Under the pieces are notes generated by a model. The model made no database searches. It was not told where the DNA came from and saw only the letters and a program-made list of their open reading frames with translations. From an uncultured Anaeromyxobacteraceae bacterium (GTDB lineage: Bacteria; Myxococcota_A; UBA9042; DTJE01): a stretch of DNA of 64,000 nt. The position numbers and the translations under genes were made by a program. The stretch is taken from assembly GCA_964470365.1 (NCBI GenBank), contig CAYYCO010000007.1:207-64206 (forward strand). Reading direction: 5' to 3'. Of the stretch, positions 10,674-19,966 are shown in pieces; within the stretch, counting starts at the first letter, position 1, and each line of letters opens with the position of its first letter.

Positions 10674-11192
10674 GTGAACGTGTACAGGATTTCCACGGCA
10701 GCCGCACATACGGCCCCGACTGCCGCACCGGCGTTCGTCGCGGCGATCCTCGGCGGCCTGCTGGCGGCCGGATGCGCGATTCCGACCGAAATCCATGAAC
10801 GTTCGGACGCCCTCGATTCACCGACACTCGACCGTTCCCTGGTCACACCGTCGCCGGACCGCACGGTGGAACTGACTTCCACGGTTACGGAATTTTCGGT
10901 CGCTGCCGCGATATCCGCCGACCCGGAAATCCTGGATGAACTCTATTTCCAGTGGTACGTCGGCTATCCGGAATCCGCCGTGCCGACGCCGCCCGCGTTC
11001 GAATCATTCAGGACCATCCTGTTTAACGCCTGCGCGTTCACGGACCTGCTTGGCCCTGTCGGCTCCACGCACACGATTGAACTGGTCATTTCCCGGGACC
11101 CCGCTGAATTCGATTCCGCCAGTGGCAGAGTCCTGCCCGACGAATACATCTATGTCAGCTGGCCCGTTAGACTGATGGTTGCCTGCGAATGA
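10674..11192 (+). CDS. Hypothetical lipoprotein
   Basis: 172 aa with signal peptide and lipobox (LLAAGCA). Begins 10 nt after the activator gene. Its stop overlaps the next start by 4 nt. Confidence 0.5.
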   Translation: MNVYRISTAAAHTAPTAAPAFVAAILGGLLAAGCAIPTEIHERSDALDSPTLDRSLVTPSPDRTVELTSTVTEFSVAAAISADPEILDELYFQWYVGYPESAVPTPPAFESFRTILFNACAFTDLLGPVGSTHTIELVISRDPAEFDSASGRVLPDEYIYVSWPVRLMVACE

Positions 11193-12919
11193 AACCGTTC
11201 CGTGGATGGTTCGCCGCCGCCTTCGCCATCGCCCTGGGGGGAACGGCTTCGTGTGATTCCGAATCCGGAACGATCGTCGACAATTTCCCTGGTTTAACGC
11301 CATGCGCGACCGTGTCCGACTGCCGGCCGGGCCTGGCTTGTTCGGAACGGTACGGGGTCTGCTTCCGGCCGATGCCCGCCGGCGCGCCGCTGGTTTTCAC
11401 GATCACGCCGGCGGCCGGGTCCGGCATGGTTCAGGATCAGTTCGACGGTGTCGAATGTCCACAGCCGGGCCGAATCGACATCACCATGACGCCCGCGACG
11501 GTTATCAAGGGATACATACTGCCGCCGTATGGTGACGACGGCGGCGACTACCGTGGCGCCGGGCGACTGTTCGCCGAGGCTCCCGGACGCATCCCCGGCC
11601 TCTCGTTCCGGCATGACGCGCGGACGACGGCCGGCTCCATCGGATCGAAATGGGAAATACCGCTTGCCCCCGATCGCGATTACATGCTGACTTTCGTGGC
11701 GGATAACCCGGATGTCCCGCCCGCATCGTGGTCAGTCGGCGCCGGCATATCCGGCGGCATGGATCTGCGCGTGTCAACGCCGGTTTTCAAATTGTCCGGT
11801 GTTGTGCGGCGCCTCGTAGGCAATGAAAAGATTCCCCTGCCCGGCGCACTTGTCGAGGCTTTCGCGGCCGGTCGCCGCTCCACGTCATGCGTGACCGACA
11901 ACAACGGTGTTTTCACGCTGTCAGTCCCGGAAACCGATGGTTCGATATCTATCGTGACCAGCCCGGGTGATTCGGGCCTCGTATTCCCGCGCGGCACCCT
12001 TTCGTTCGACGGAATCGACGATTTGCGGAACAGGCTGCCCAGAACCGACTTCATGGCAATCGATGTCCAGCCTGCCGACGCGATTGCAACGATATCTTTC
12101 CAGGTGCTCAGCGTGTCTACCGGCGTAAGCCGCATTCCTATCGCGGGCGCGTCGATATTCATCGACCAGCGTTCCGGGGACGGGGTATTCCGGTACCGAT
12201 CGGTTATCGATGACAACGGATTCTTCGCGCTCGATCTGCCGGCCGGCATCTATCAGGTGGCCGTAATGCCACCCGGTGGAGGCCCGGACGCACCGCTGAA
12301 ATCCGCACAATTTTCATGGACCGGCGCCGAGGTGCAGTTCGATGGCCAGACCGATCGGATCTTCGGCATGGAACTTCCGCGACGGCCGATGGTCACCGGA
12401 CGCATCGTCGATGCCGCGACCGCCGCGCCGGTGCAGGGGGCCAGGGTGATCCTTGCGACCGATTCGTCGCAGCTTGCGGACTGGCATTCATCTTTCGCGA
12501 CCGACCTGCTGTTCGAAGCCCTCACCGACGAAAACGGCGAATTTTCGGTCAGGTTGGAACCTGCCATATACGCCATGCAGGTCAGGCCACCTGCCGGCTC
12601 GGGACTTGCAACCGCGTCCTGGCCGTCCGTGGCCATAACCGGCACCGAAAACCTGCGCGCCGAACTTGGCGGGGTCTGCCTGCTGGGTGGAAGGTTCGTT
12701 TCGACGGATGGCAAGGCCGCGTCGGGCGCGACCGTGACCTTCTTCCAGCCGACGACGGCCGACACCTGGCAGGCATGGCCGATGCGCGACGCATACTGGG
12801 CAAACGCCCTGCGCGAGGTCGGCTCGACACGTGCCGGTTCTGACGGTTCATGGGAGATCCTGCTGCCATGCCCCGACGCCCCCTCCAGCGCAACCGGCGG
12901 CGTTTTCATGACCTGGTAG
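11189..12919 (+). CDS. Lipoprotein with three carboxypeptidase-regulatory-like beta-sandwich repeats
   Basis: 576 aa. Lipobox ALGGTASC. Three repeats fit the CarboxypepD_reg pattern (G-A-x-V / TD-x-NG-x-F / P-x-G-x-Y-x-x-x-V): TDNNGVFTLSV, DDNGFFALDLPAGIYQVAV and TDENGEFSVRLEPAIYAMQV. Confidence 0.55.
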   Translation: MKPFRGWFAAAFAIALGGTASCDSESGTIVDNFPGLTPCATVSDCRPGLACSERYGVCFRPMPAGAPLVFTITPAAGSGMVQDQFDGVECPQPGRIDITMTPATVIKGYILPPYGDDGGDYRGAGRLFAEAPGRIPGLSFRHDARTTAGSIGSKWEIPLAPDRDYMLTFVADNPDVPPASWSVGAGISGGMDLRVSTPVFKLSGVVRRLVGNEKIPLPGALVEAFAAGRRSTSCVTDNNGVFTLSVPETDGSISIVTSPGDSGLVFPRGTLSFDGIDDLRNRLPRTDFMAIDVQPADAIATISFQVLSVSTGVSRIPIAGASIFIDQRSGDGVFRYRSVIDDNGFFALDLPAGIYQVAVMPPGGGPDAPLKSAQFSWTGAEVQFDGQTDRIFGMELPRRPMVTGRIVDAATAAPVQGARVILATDSSQLADWHSSFATDLLFEALTDENGEFSVRLEPAIYAMQVRPPAGSGLATASWPSVAITGTENLRAELGGVCLLGGRFVSTDGKAASGATVTFFQPTTADTWQAWPMRDAYWANALREVGSTRAGSDGSWEILLPCPDAPSSATGGVFMTW

Positions 12920-12977
12920 CACTTTCCCCGACACCCCCATTTCTGGTAAAGTCCTTCTGGCTTTGGAGTCTGCACCG

Positions 12978-14699
12978 ATGGAAAGGATTCCCGTTTCGAT
13001 CGCGATACTGCTTTCAATGTTCTTCGCAGCCCCGGCACTGGGGGCGACCGATCCGGAATACCCCGGCGACTCGTCGCATGTGCTGTGGTTCCTGGTCATG
13101 TCGGATGAACACATCACCGCCCGTGACAGCGACGGCCCCGAAAGGCTGACCTGGCTTGTGAACGACGGCATGACGTATGTTGAACCCGATATCGTGTTCA
13201 ACTGCGGCGACCTGACCGACGGCAGCAACGGCGAACCGCTGGTTTCGCTATATCCCGGCAAACAGGATGACGAATGGCAGGCCTACCGCCAGATTCTGGA
13301 CGACGCGGGAATTTCGGTTGAACAGTACATCGATCTTCCGGGCAACCACGACCAGTACAGCGACAGGGGCAACACCAGGTACCTGCAATACTCGCTGGCG
13401 GGCAGCACTTTTTCGCGCACGCAGCATTCCATCGTCATCGACAAACCGTGGGGCAGCTACCACTTCCTGGGCATCGACACCACCGGCAACGACGGCGCGG
13501 GTTGGCCGCTGGACAACGCTGGACTGGACGTCGACGAACTGCTGTACATCCTTCGGTCGCTGGAAGATAACGACGGGGCGCGGATGCAGGTAATGTTCGG
13601 GCACCACCCGATCGTCAGGCCGGACCTGGGTTTCAAGTTGAACGAGGGCAGCGACGAAATCCAGGAATTCATGGGCGACCACCGGGTCAGGGCATATTTT
13701 TACGGACACACCCACGAATACCGTGATCTTTACTGGCCTGACAATGACATGATGCCCGTGACCCTTCATGAAAACGTCGATTCGTTCGGCAAGGCCGAAA
13801 CGAACAACGTCATCCTCGCGTCGATCGACAACGACAACCTCCAGATCAGGCAGGTTTCCGTCGGCGAATTCCCCTGGGTCATCGTGACCGCTCCCGCCGA
13901 CATCAACCAGGGCGGCGGCAACCCGTGGGCCGTCGACGTCCCCGCCGGCATGGAATTCGCACCGATCCGCGCTCTCGGCTTCACATCCGATCCCTTCCTG
14001 TCCTGCCAGTATAGCCTGGACGGCGGGCCCTGGGTGACGATGGAACAGCTCGGCGACCACCGCTACGAGGGATACATGGACACGCGGGGCATGACCGCGG
14101 GTAATCACACCGTCGAGGTGCGCGCGCTGCCGGGACCGGCGAACGGCCACAAAATCACGTTCCGGGTCACGGCTTACGCCTGCGGCAACGGCATGGACGA
14201 GGACTCGGACGGTCTGACCGATTTCCCGGACGATCCTGGCTGTGATTCGGCCGCTGATAACGATGAATACAACGATATCGTCGTGCCTGAACCGGAACCC
14301 GAACCGGTGGCCGACGTGATCGTCGCCGACATGTATGTGCCGGACGCGTCCGTGCCGGACGCATTCGATCCCGAAGTTCCCGCCGCAGATGAACATACGG
14401 GCGAAACCGGCGAAACGGTCATTTTCGACGTTCCCGGCGACGCTGTTCCGGTCGACACAGCACTGATCGATGACCCCGGCGCCGTCGACGACCGTGGACA
14501 GGCATTTGACCATGGAATCGCTTCCGACGCGGCTTCCGACGCGGCTTCCGACGATGCCGCGGCGGATGACGACGTCGCCCGTGACGAACATTCCGGCGGC
14601 GGCTGCTCGGCCGGCGGCGGGACCGCCGGAAACGCATTCGGCGCGCTCGTGCTGCTGGCCCTGGCTGGCATGGCGATGCGCAGGAGGTCGTTCAATTGA
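12978..14699 (+). CDS. Secreted calcineurin-like metallophosphoesterase with a MYXO-CTERM-type sorting tail
   Basis: Start set at ATG 12978 (MERIPVSIAILLSMFFAAPALGA). The track ORF begins at an in-frame TTG 15 nt upstream. MPE motifs GDLTDGSNG, LPGNHD and GHTHEY are present. An acidic low-complexity region precedes the tail GGGCSAGGGTAGNAFGALVLLALAGMAMRRRSFN. Confidence 0.7.
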   Translation: MERIPVSIAILLSMFFAAPALGATDPEYPGDSSHVLWFLVMSDEHITARDSDGPERLTWLVNDGMTYVEPDIVFNCGDLTDGSNGEPLVSLYPGKQDDEWQAYRQILDDAGISVEQYIDLPGNHDQYSDRGNTRYLQYSLAGSTFSRTQHSIVIDKPWGSYHFLGIDTTGNDGAGWPLDNAGLDVDELLYILRSLEDNDGARMQVMFGHHPIVRPDLGFKLNEGSDEIQEFMGDHRVRAYFYGHTHEYRDLYWPDNDMMPVTLHENVDSFGKAETNNVILASIDNDNLQIRQVSVGEFPWVIVTAPADINQGGGNPWAVDVPAGMEFAPIRALGFTSDPFLSCQYSLDGGPWVTMEQLGDHRYEGYMDTRGMTAGNHTVEVRALPGPANGHKITFRVTAYACGNGMDEDSDGLTDFPDDPGCDSAADNDEYNDIVVPEPEPEPVADVIVADMYVPDASVPDAFDPEVPAADEHTGETGETVIFDVPGDAVPVDTALIDDPGAVDDRGQAFDHGIASDAASDAASDDAAADDDVARDEHSGGGCSAGGGTAGNAFGALVLLALAGMAMRRRSFN

Positions 14700-15232
14700 A
14701 GACTTCGACAATCATTGCAATCGCGGCGGGCGGCCTGGTGGTCGCCGCGGTCACCGTTACGCTCGTCGTTTCGGCCACGAACCGTGGCAACTCCGTGAAA
14801 CCGGAAAAGGCCGCGACTGCCCAGACGGCACCTGCACCGGTCCGCGGCAACGGTCTCAGGAATTCGCCCAGGATCCCGCGTCCGCCCAAGGTCGCCGCCC
14901 CGCAGGGAAAGGATCTGCGTGAACCACAACCCATAAAGTCGGCCGATTATGTGAAAAACGCGATCAGGTTCGGCGTTCAGAAGGCGCCCGATACGAAGCT
15001 GCCGATTGCCAGGATGGCGCAGATGCCGGTCAGCGGTCCTTCGGCCGCGGACAGGATTGTCGGCCGCGCTCAGACGCTTCGCGCACAGGGCAAGAATGCC
15101 GAGGCGACCAAACTGCTGAAAAATTCGCTGCTGACCGAAACGAACCCTTATTACCGCAAACTTCTTGAAAACGCCATCAGGGAAGACCAGCAGGCCAATC
15201 GCAGGCCGCCTGATGGTGCACAATTCAAGTAA
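14696..15232 (+). CDS. Hypothetical membrane-anchored protein
   Basis: 178 aa with an N-terminal TM anchor (IIAIAAGGLVVAAVTVTLVV). Its start overlaps the previous stop by 4 nt. No recognisable domain. Confidence 0.45.
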   Translation: MKTSTIIAIAAGGLVVAAVTVTLVVSATNRGNSVKPEKAATAQTAPAPVRGNGLRNSPRIPRPPKVAAPQGKDLREPQPIKSADYVKNAIRFGVQKAPDTKLPIARMAQMPVSGPSAADRIVGRAQTLRAQGKNAEATKLLKNSLLTETNPYYRKLLENAIREDQQANRRPPDGAQFK

Positions 15233-15251
15233 TCCATTCGCAGGGGGCGCC

Positions 15252-17093
15252 ATGTCCACCGAAATGCCCGTTCATTCAAAGGCTTTCAAGATCCGCAGGT
15301 TCCTGAACTGGTTCCCCATGGGCCTGACGTACGCGTTCCTGTACATGGGCAGGTACAACCTGACCGTGGCCAAGAATTCGCTGGGCGACATGATGACCAA
15401 GGAGGACTTCGGCCTGATTTTCGGGGCCGGAACGCTGGTGTACGCATTCGCTTTCCTGCTGAACGGGCCGCTGACTGACAAGGTCGGCGGGAAAAAGGCC
15501 ATCCTTGCAGCGTCGCTCGGTTCGGGCATCATGAACCTGCTGATGGGCCTGTTCGTGTGGAACATGATCGTCAACCCGGGTTCGATGGCCCTGAACATGG
15601 TCACGACCATGTCGGTCATGTACGCGATCAACATGTATTTCCAGTCGTTCGCGGCGGTCGCCATCGTCAAGGTGAATTCGTCGTGGTTCCACGTACGCGA
15701 ACGCGGCGGATTTTCGGGCATTTTCGGCACGATGATCTCATCCGGCATCTTCTTCGCGTTCACCGTCAATTCCTGGATCCTGAACCTGACGTCCGCCTGG
15801 GGCCCGACCGGGTCGAAGGCCACCTGGTGGGTCTTCCTGATGCCGTCGTTCATCCTTTTCACGATGTTCGTCGTCGAAATATTCCTGCTGCGCGACACGC
15901 CGAAAAAGGCGGGGCTTGAAGACTTCAATACCGGCGACGCGACGTCCGATGTCGGCTCCGACGTCGGCCTGGCCCAGATCGTGAAAAAGGTACTGACCAA
16001 CCCGATCATCCTGACCGTCGCCTTCATCGAACTGTGCACCGGCGTCATCCGCAACGGCGTCATGCACTGGTTCCCGATTTATGCGAAGGAAGTCCTGGCC
16101 CTGCCGTCGCACCACATGCTGCGGGACGGGTCGTGGGCCGGACACCTTTGGTGGGTCGTTGCTGCCATGTTCGCGCTGGCCGCGATCCTGTTCATCCTTT
16201 CGACGAAGTTTACCGGCAAACGCAAGGCGACCCTGATCGTGTCCGGCGCCCTGATTGCGCTGGCGCCGTTCATGCAGGGCGGCTGGGGCGGCCTGCTGTT
16301 CGTGGCGGGCGTCATCGGCGGCAACGTGGCCGGCTGGGTCAGCGACCTGTTCTTCCAGTCCAGGCGCGCCCCCGCCGCGGCCGGGCTTTACGGGCTGCTG
16401 GCCCTGTGCCTGGTCGGCATGTACTTCAGCCTGAGCGGCACAAAATCGGAAGTTGGCTGGACGAAATCCGACGAATACGGGCTGAAAAAGGGTGACGTGG
16501 TCGTTTCCGTCAACGGGAAGGATGGCCTTCGGGACTGGACCGACGTATCGCGCGCGATTGCCTGCATCCCGTCCGCCTGTCAGGGCGACAAGGTCGTCTG
16601 GGACATGAAGGCCTGCATGTGCACGGCCAAACCGAAAGAACCCGCGGGCGCCGGCCTGCTCACATCGGACGGCACGATCCACCTGGTCGTCGATCGCGGC
16701 GGACGCGGTACCGCCGTCGAACTGAAGGACCCGCTGATGACGGCCCGCGCCGGCGATTCGCGCAGGCTGGACGCCGGGCCGGTCCTGACCCTGACGCCGT
16801 TCTTCCTGGGCCTCATCCTGTTCCTGGTTTCCCTGGGCGTCATCGGCACGCACGGCCTGCTTTCCGGCACCGCCACGATGGACTTCGGCGGCACGAAGGG
16901 CGCCGCCACCGCGGTCGGCATGATCGACGGCTTCGTTTATCTGGGCACCGCGCTGCAGAGCGTGTCCCTGGGCTTCCTGACCACCCGGTCATGGTCATAC
17001 TGGCCGCTGTTCATGCTGCCATTCAGTTTCCTGGGCTTCTTCCTGCTGACCCGCATCTGGAACGCCAAACCGAAGGCCGGCGGCGGGCACTAG
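15252..17093 (+). CDS. OPA-family MFS transporter (GlpT/UhpC-like) with an inserted PDZ-like, Cys-rich soluble domain
   Basis: Start set at MSTEMPVHSK. The N-terminus follows the GlpT/UhpC pattern (FLYMGRYNLTVAKNSLGDMMTKEDFGLIFGAGTLVYAFAFLLNGPLTDKVGGKK). A ~115-aa insertion sits before the last two TM helices. It carries a PDZ-like GLKKGDVVVSVNGKDGLRDW segment and five Cys (CIPSAC, CMC). Confidence 0.75.
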   Translation: MSTEMPVHSKAFKIRRFLNWFPMGLTYAFLYMGRYNLTVAKNSLGDMMTKEDFGLIFGAGTLVYAFAFLLNGPLTDKVGGKKAILAASLGSGIMNLLMGLFVWNMIVNPGSMALNMVTTMSVMYAINMYFQSFAAVAIVKVNSSWFHVRERGGFSGIFGTMISSGIFFAFTVNSWILNLTSAWGPTGSKATWWVFLMPSFILFTMFVVEIFLLRDTPKKAGLEDFNTGDATSDVGSDVGLAQIVKKVLTNPIILTVAFIELCTGVIRNGVMHWFPIYAKEVLALPSHHMLRDGSWAGHLWWVVAAMFALAAILFILSTKFTGKRKATLIVSGALIALAPFMQGGWGGLLFVAGVIGGNVAGWVSDLFFQSRRAPAAAGLYGLLALCLVGMYFSLSGTKSEVGWTKSDEYGLKKGDVVVSVNGKDGLRDWTDVSRAIACIPSACQGDKVVWDMKACMCTAKPKEPAGAGLLTSDGTIHLVVDRGGRGTAVELKDPLMTARAGDSRRLDAGPVLTLTPFFLGLILFLVSLGVIGTHGLLSGTATMDFGGTKGAATAVGMIDGFVYLGTALQSVSLGFLTTRSWSYWPLFMLPFSFLGFFLLTRIWNAKPKAGGGH

Positions 17094-17111
17094 CGGGCGT
17101 GCCGGTTTTTT
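17083..17111 (+). terminator. Putative intrinsic terminator after the MFS gene
   Basis: GGCAC-N8-GTGCC stem followed by GG and TTTTTT, immediately after stop 17093. The stem partly overlaps the stop codon. Confidence 0.45.
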
Positions 17112-17251
17112 GATAATCCACGGATATCTAACGTCAATTGCGCTGGTAGACGAATTACCGCGCCCGGGACTTCGCCGGCCAGGTGACATGTTCCACTTCA
17201 ACGTTGCAATCCGGATACCGGGGCAAAGGACAAGCCACCCTGCCAGGTCTC

Positions 17252-18121
17252 TCACCAGTAGACGTGGTAAATCGGCTGGACTTCGGAACAGGGACGGCAC
17301 ATCGATGACGGAAGGCCGGTGTTGCGTCGGTTGCGGCCGGCGACGGACTTGAAAACCGGGCCGGACTTTTCTTCGTCGCACAGCAGGCAGTCGTTCAGGG
17401 TACCGTCCGCGTTGTGATAGGACGCGTCGAGCAGTTCGAAACAGGTCGAAAAACACTCGGCCTGCGTATGCATGGTGTTGTAATACCAGATCTGCGCGCA
17501 CGGAAGGTCGAAGCCCAGGTCGCGCAGGCACTGTATGTTGCCGTCGGGATTCCCGAAATTGTCCAGGCCGCAGGCGCGCACCGGGTCGGTCAGGTCCGGG
17601 TGCCGCATGTACACCACAAGGTTGGTCAGCGTCGAACAGACCCCGCAGCCGTCCCAGTGCGTGATGTATGCCCCGGCATCAATGGCATCGGCTTCGCTGG
17701 CGAAGGTTTCCAGCCGGTATCCGTTTTCGACGGAATCATCCAGAAACAGGCCGCACACCGCGCCCGGCACCGGCTGGTGCAGTTCCGGTTCGGCATAAGG
17801 GTCTTCGGTGACTTCGGCGGGCGGGTTCACCGGAACCATCGCCAGCAGGCGTTCAATGTCGGCTTCCGTGTATGCGGGCGGCCGGAAGCACTTCCCGCCG
17901 CAGTTGAATTCCGGGCGGCACTGTTCGGCTGTCAGGCCGGTCTTATCGTTCGGGACGCCGAACAGGAACGTGCATTCGTCGTCAGATACCGGCTCGCCGC
18001 AGTAATCGACGGCCGGTTCACCGCCGCATCCGGCCAGCGCAACTGAAACGACCACGGCACCAAGCGTGCGGGCCGCGTTGAAAAAGCTTGAAATCACCGG
18101 AACCTCCCTGTTTGTGAGCAT
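17252..18121 (-). CDS. Cys-rich hypothetical lipoprotein
   Basis: Start set at MLTNREVPVISSFFNAARTLGAVVVSVALAGCGG (lipobox). The mature chain has about 20 Cys. No known motif. Confidence 0.5.
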   Translation of the reverse strand: MLTNREVPVISSFFNAARTLGAVVVSVALAGCGGEPAVDYCGEPVSDDECTFLFGVPNDKTGLTAEQCRPEFNCGGKCFRPPAYTEADIERLLAMVPVNPPAEVTEDPYAEPELHQPVPGAVCGLFLDDSVENGYRLETFASEADAIDAGAYITHWDGCGVCSTLTNLVVYMRHPDLTDPVRACGLDNFGNPDGNIQCLRDLGFDLPCAQIWYYNTMHTQAECFSTCFELLDASYHNADGTLNDCLLCDEEKSGPVFKSVAGRNRRNTGLPSSMCRPCSEVQPIYHVYW

Positions 18122-18146
18122 GAATCGTCTGCCGCCCCCACCCTCT

Positions 18147-18749
18147 TCAAAGCAGGCCCATTTCCGAAAGGCGGGCGGCAAGATTGACGTCGGGGCCCAG
18201 GCAGATGGTCTGGAAACCCAGCGCCCGGGCGGCGTCGGTGTTTTTCCGGCTGTCATCGATAAACAGGCATTCTTCGGCAAAAAGCCCGTAACGGGTCAGC
18301 AGCGCGTCGAATATCCGCCTGTCCGGCTTCGTCACACCCTCGTCGCCGGAAACAACCATACCATCGAAATCATTGAAGAAGTCATACCGTCGAAGGACGA
18401 TGTTGAAGGTTTCACGCGACCAGTTCGTCAGCCCGAAGACGCCGCATTTCGCCTTCAGCGGCTTGATAAGGGCCGTGTTTTCGACGATCTCGCCGCCAAC
18501 CATGCGGGTCCATTCGCCGTAATACATCGCGATCTGATCGTGGTATTCGGGATGCAGCGCCTGCAGTTCGGCGGTCGCCACGGCCGTCGGGTGGCCGGCG
18601 TCCACGCGGCCGTTCCATTCGTTGCTGCAGATGTCGGAAAGAAAGTATTCCATTTCCGCGGGGTCCGTGAAAACGTCCCTGAACAGATAACGGGGATTCC
18701 AGTCGATCAACACCCCGCCGAAATCGAAAACGATGTTCCTGATGACCAT
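18147..18749 (-). CDS. HAD-superfamily hydrolase (subfamily IA-like)
   Basis: Start at MVIRNIVFDFGGVLIDW, which carries HAD motif I DxDxG. Motif II is LTNWS and motif IV is IDDSRKN. About 200 aa. Confidence 0.8.
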   Translation of the reverse strand: MVIRNIVFDFGGVLIDWNPRYLFRDVFTDPAEMEYFLSDICSNEWNGRVDAGHPTAVATAELQALHPEYHDQIAMYYGEWTRMVGGEIVENTALIKPLKAKCGVFGLTNWSRETFNIVLRRYDFFNDFDGMVVSGDEGVTKPDRRIFDALLTRYGLFAEECLFIDDSRKNTDAARALGFQTICLGPDVNLAARLSEMGLL

Positions 18750-18855
18750 GTCACCCCTTCCCATGCCGCAGACCGCCGCAATTATAACGGGCCGCGCCAC
18801 CGCGCGGGATGCATTCGTGTAGAATAGGCCCGGTTTTTGCCCCCGGGGGCGCGAC

Positions 18856-19932
18856 TTGGCGGACCAGATTCCTGAACAGTTCCAGCTTTCGATGTACGAC
18901 TTCGACCTGCCGGACGACCGCATCGCCCAGGTCCCGGCCGACAGGCGCGACCATTCACGACTGATGCACCTCCCGCTTGCGGGCGGCGAACCGACCGACC
19001 ATGTCTTTTCCGACGTTGGCCGGTTCCTGCGTCCCGGCGACTGCCTGGTCCTGAACGACACGCGGGTATTTCCCGCGCGCCTGTTCGCAACCAAACCGGC
19101 GGGCGGGCGTGTGGAGCTGCTGGCCCTCGAATCCGGCGGCGATCGTTTCACCGCGATGTACGGGACTCACCGCGGCCTGCGGGCCGGGACGACGCTTGAA
19201 ATACTCGACCGCCACGGCGTGCCGTCCGGGCGGAAGGTCCTGGTTGAATCCACCGCGGAAGGGCGTGCGACAATCCTCGTCAAGGACGGCGATTCCGCCG
19301 ACGACGCAGCGACCCTGTTTGCCCGGTTCGGCCATATGCCGCTGCCGCCGTACATCAAGCGCCCCGACGACACCCATGACGACCTGGACCTGGATCGGTA
19401 CCAGACCGTCTACGCCGAAAACAACGGCGCGGTCGCGGCCCCCACGGCGGGCCTGCACTTCACCCCGGCCGTCCTTGACGGGCTGCGCGCGGCCGGCGTT
19501 GAAACGGTACGCGTGACCTTGCACGTCGGCCCGGGCACTTTCCGGCCGATCCGTACCGACGACGTCCGGCTGCACGACGTCGGGACCGAAAGTTTCGTGA
19601 TCACCGAAGAATCCGCGGCCGCGATCAACCGCGCGCTGGACGACGGCCGCCGCGTCATCGCGGTGGGTACCACGGTCGTACGCACGCTGGAATCCGCCGG
19701 CGCGGACGGCCGGGTCAGGCCTGGCAGCGAGGCCACATCGATCCTGATAACCCCCGGATACCGCTTCAGGATCATCAGCGGGATGCTGACGAACTTCCAC
19801 ATCCCGAAATCTTCCCTGATACTTCTGGTATCCGCCCTGGTCGGCCGTACACGCATACTGGACGCGTACCGTACGGCCGTCGCGCGCGATTACCGTTTCT
19901 ATTCGTATGGCGATTCGATGCTGATACTGTGA
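18856..19932 (+). CDS. queA: S-adenosylmethionine:tRNA ribosyltransferase-isomerase
   Basis: QueA signature throughout (DFDLPDDRIAQ, YQTVYA, GLHFT, ISGMLTNFHIPKSSL). An alternative start at Met 18892 is possible. Confidence 0.9.
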   Translation: MADQIPEQFQLSMYDFDLPDDRIAQVPADRRDHSRLMHLPLAGGEPTDHVFSDVGRFLRPGDCLVLNDTRVFPARLFATKPAGGRVELLALESGGDRFTAMYGTHRGLRAGTTLEILDRHGVPSGRKVLVESTAEGRATILVKDGDSADDAATLFARFGHMPLPPYIKRPDDTHDDLDLDRYQTVYAENNGAVAAPTAGLHFTPAVLDGLRAAGVETVRVTLHVGPGTFRPIRTDDVRLHDVGTESFVITEESAAAINRALDDGRRVIAVGTTVVRTLESAGADGRVRPGSEATSILITPGYRFRIISGMLTNFHIPKSSLILLVSALVGRTRILDAYRTAVARDYRFYSYGDSMLIL

Positions 19933-19966
19933 CGGCGTGGCCGCGAAAGGCCCGCCGGAGGGTTCG

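Noticed and set aside
12958-12974. TGGC-N-TGCA element resembling a sigma-54 -24/-12 promoter in front of the MYXO-CTERM metallophosphoesterase gene.
   Set aside because: The GG-to-GC spacing is 11 nt rather than 10. The -12 element lies only ~5 nt upstream of the ATG at 12978, so transcription would start inside the coding region. It is probably a chance match within the TTG/ATG start region.
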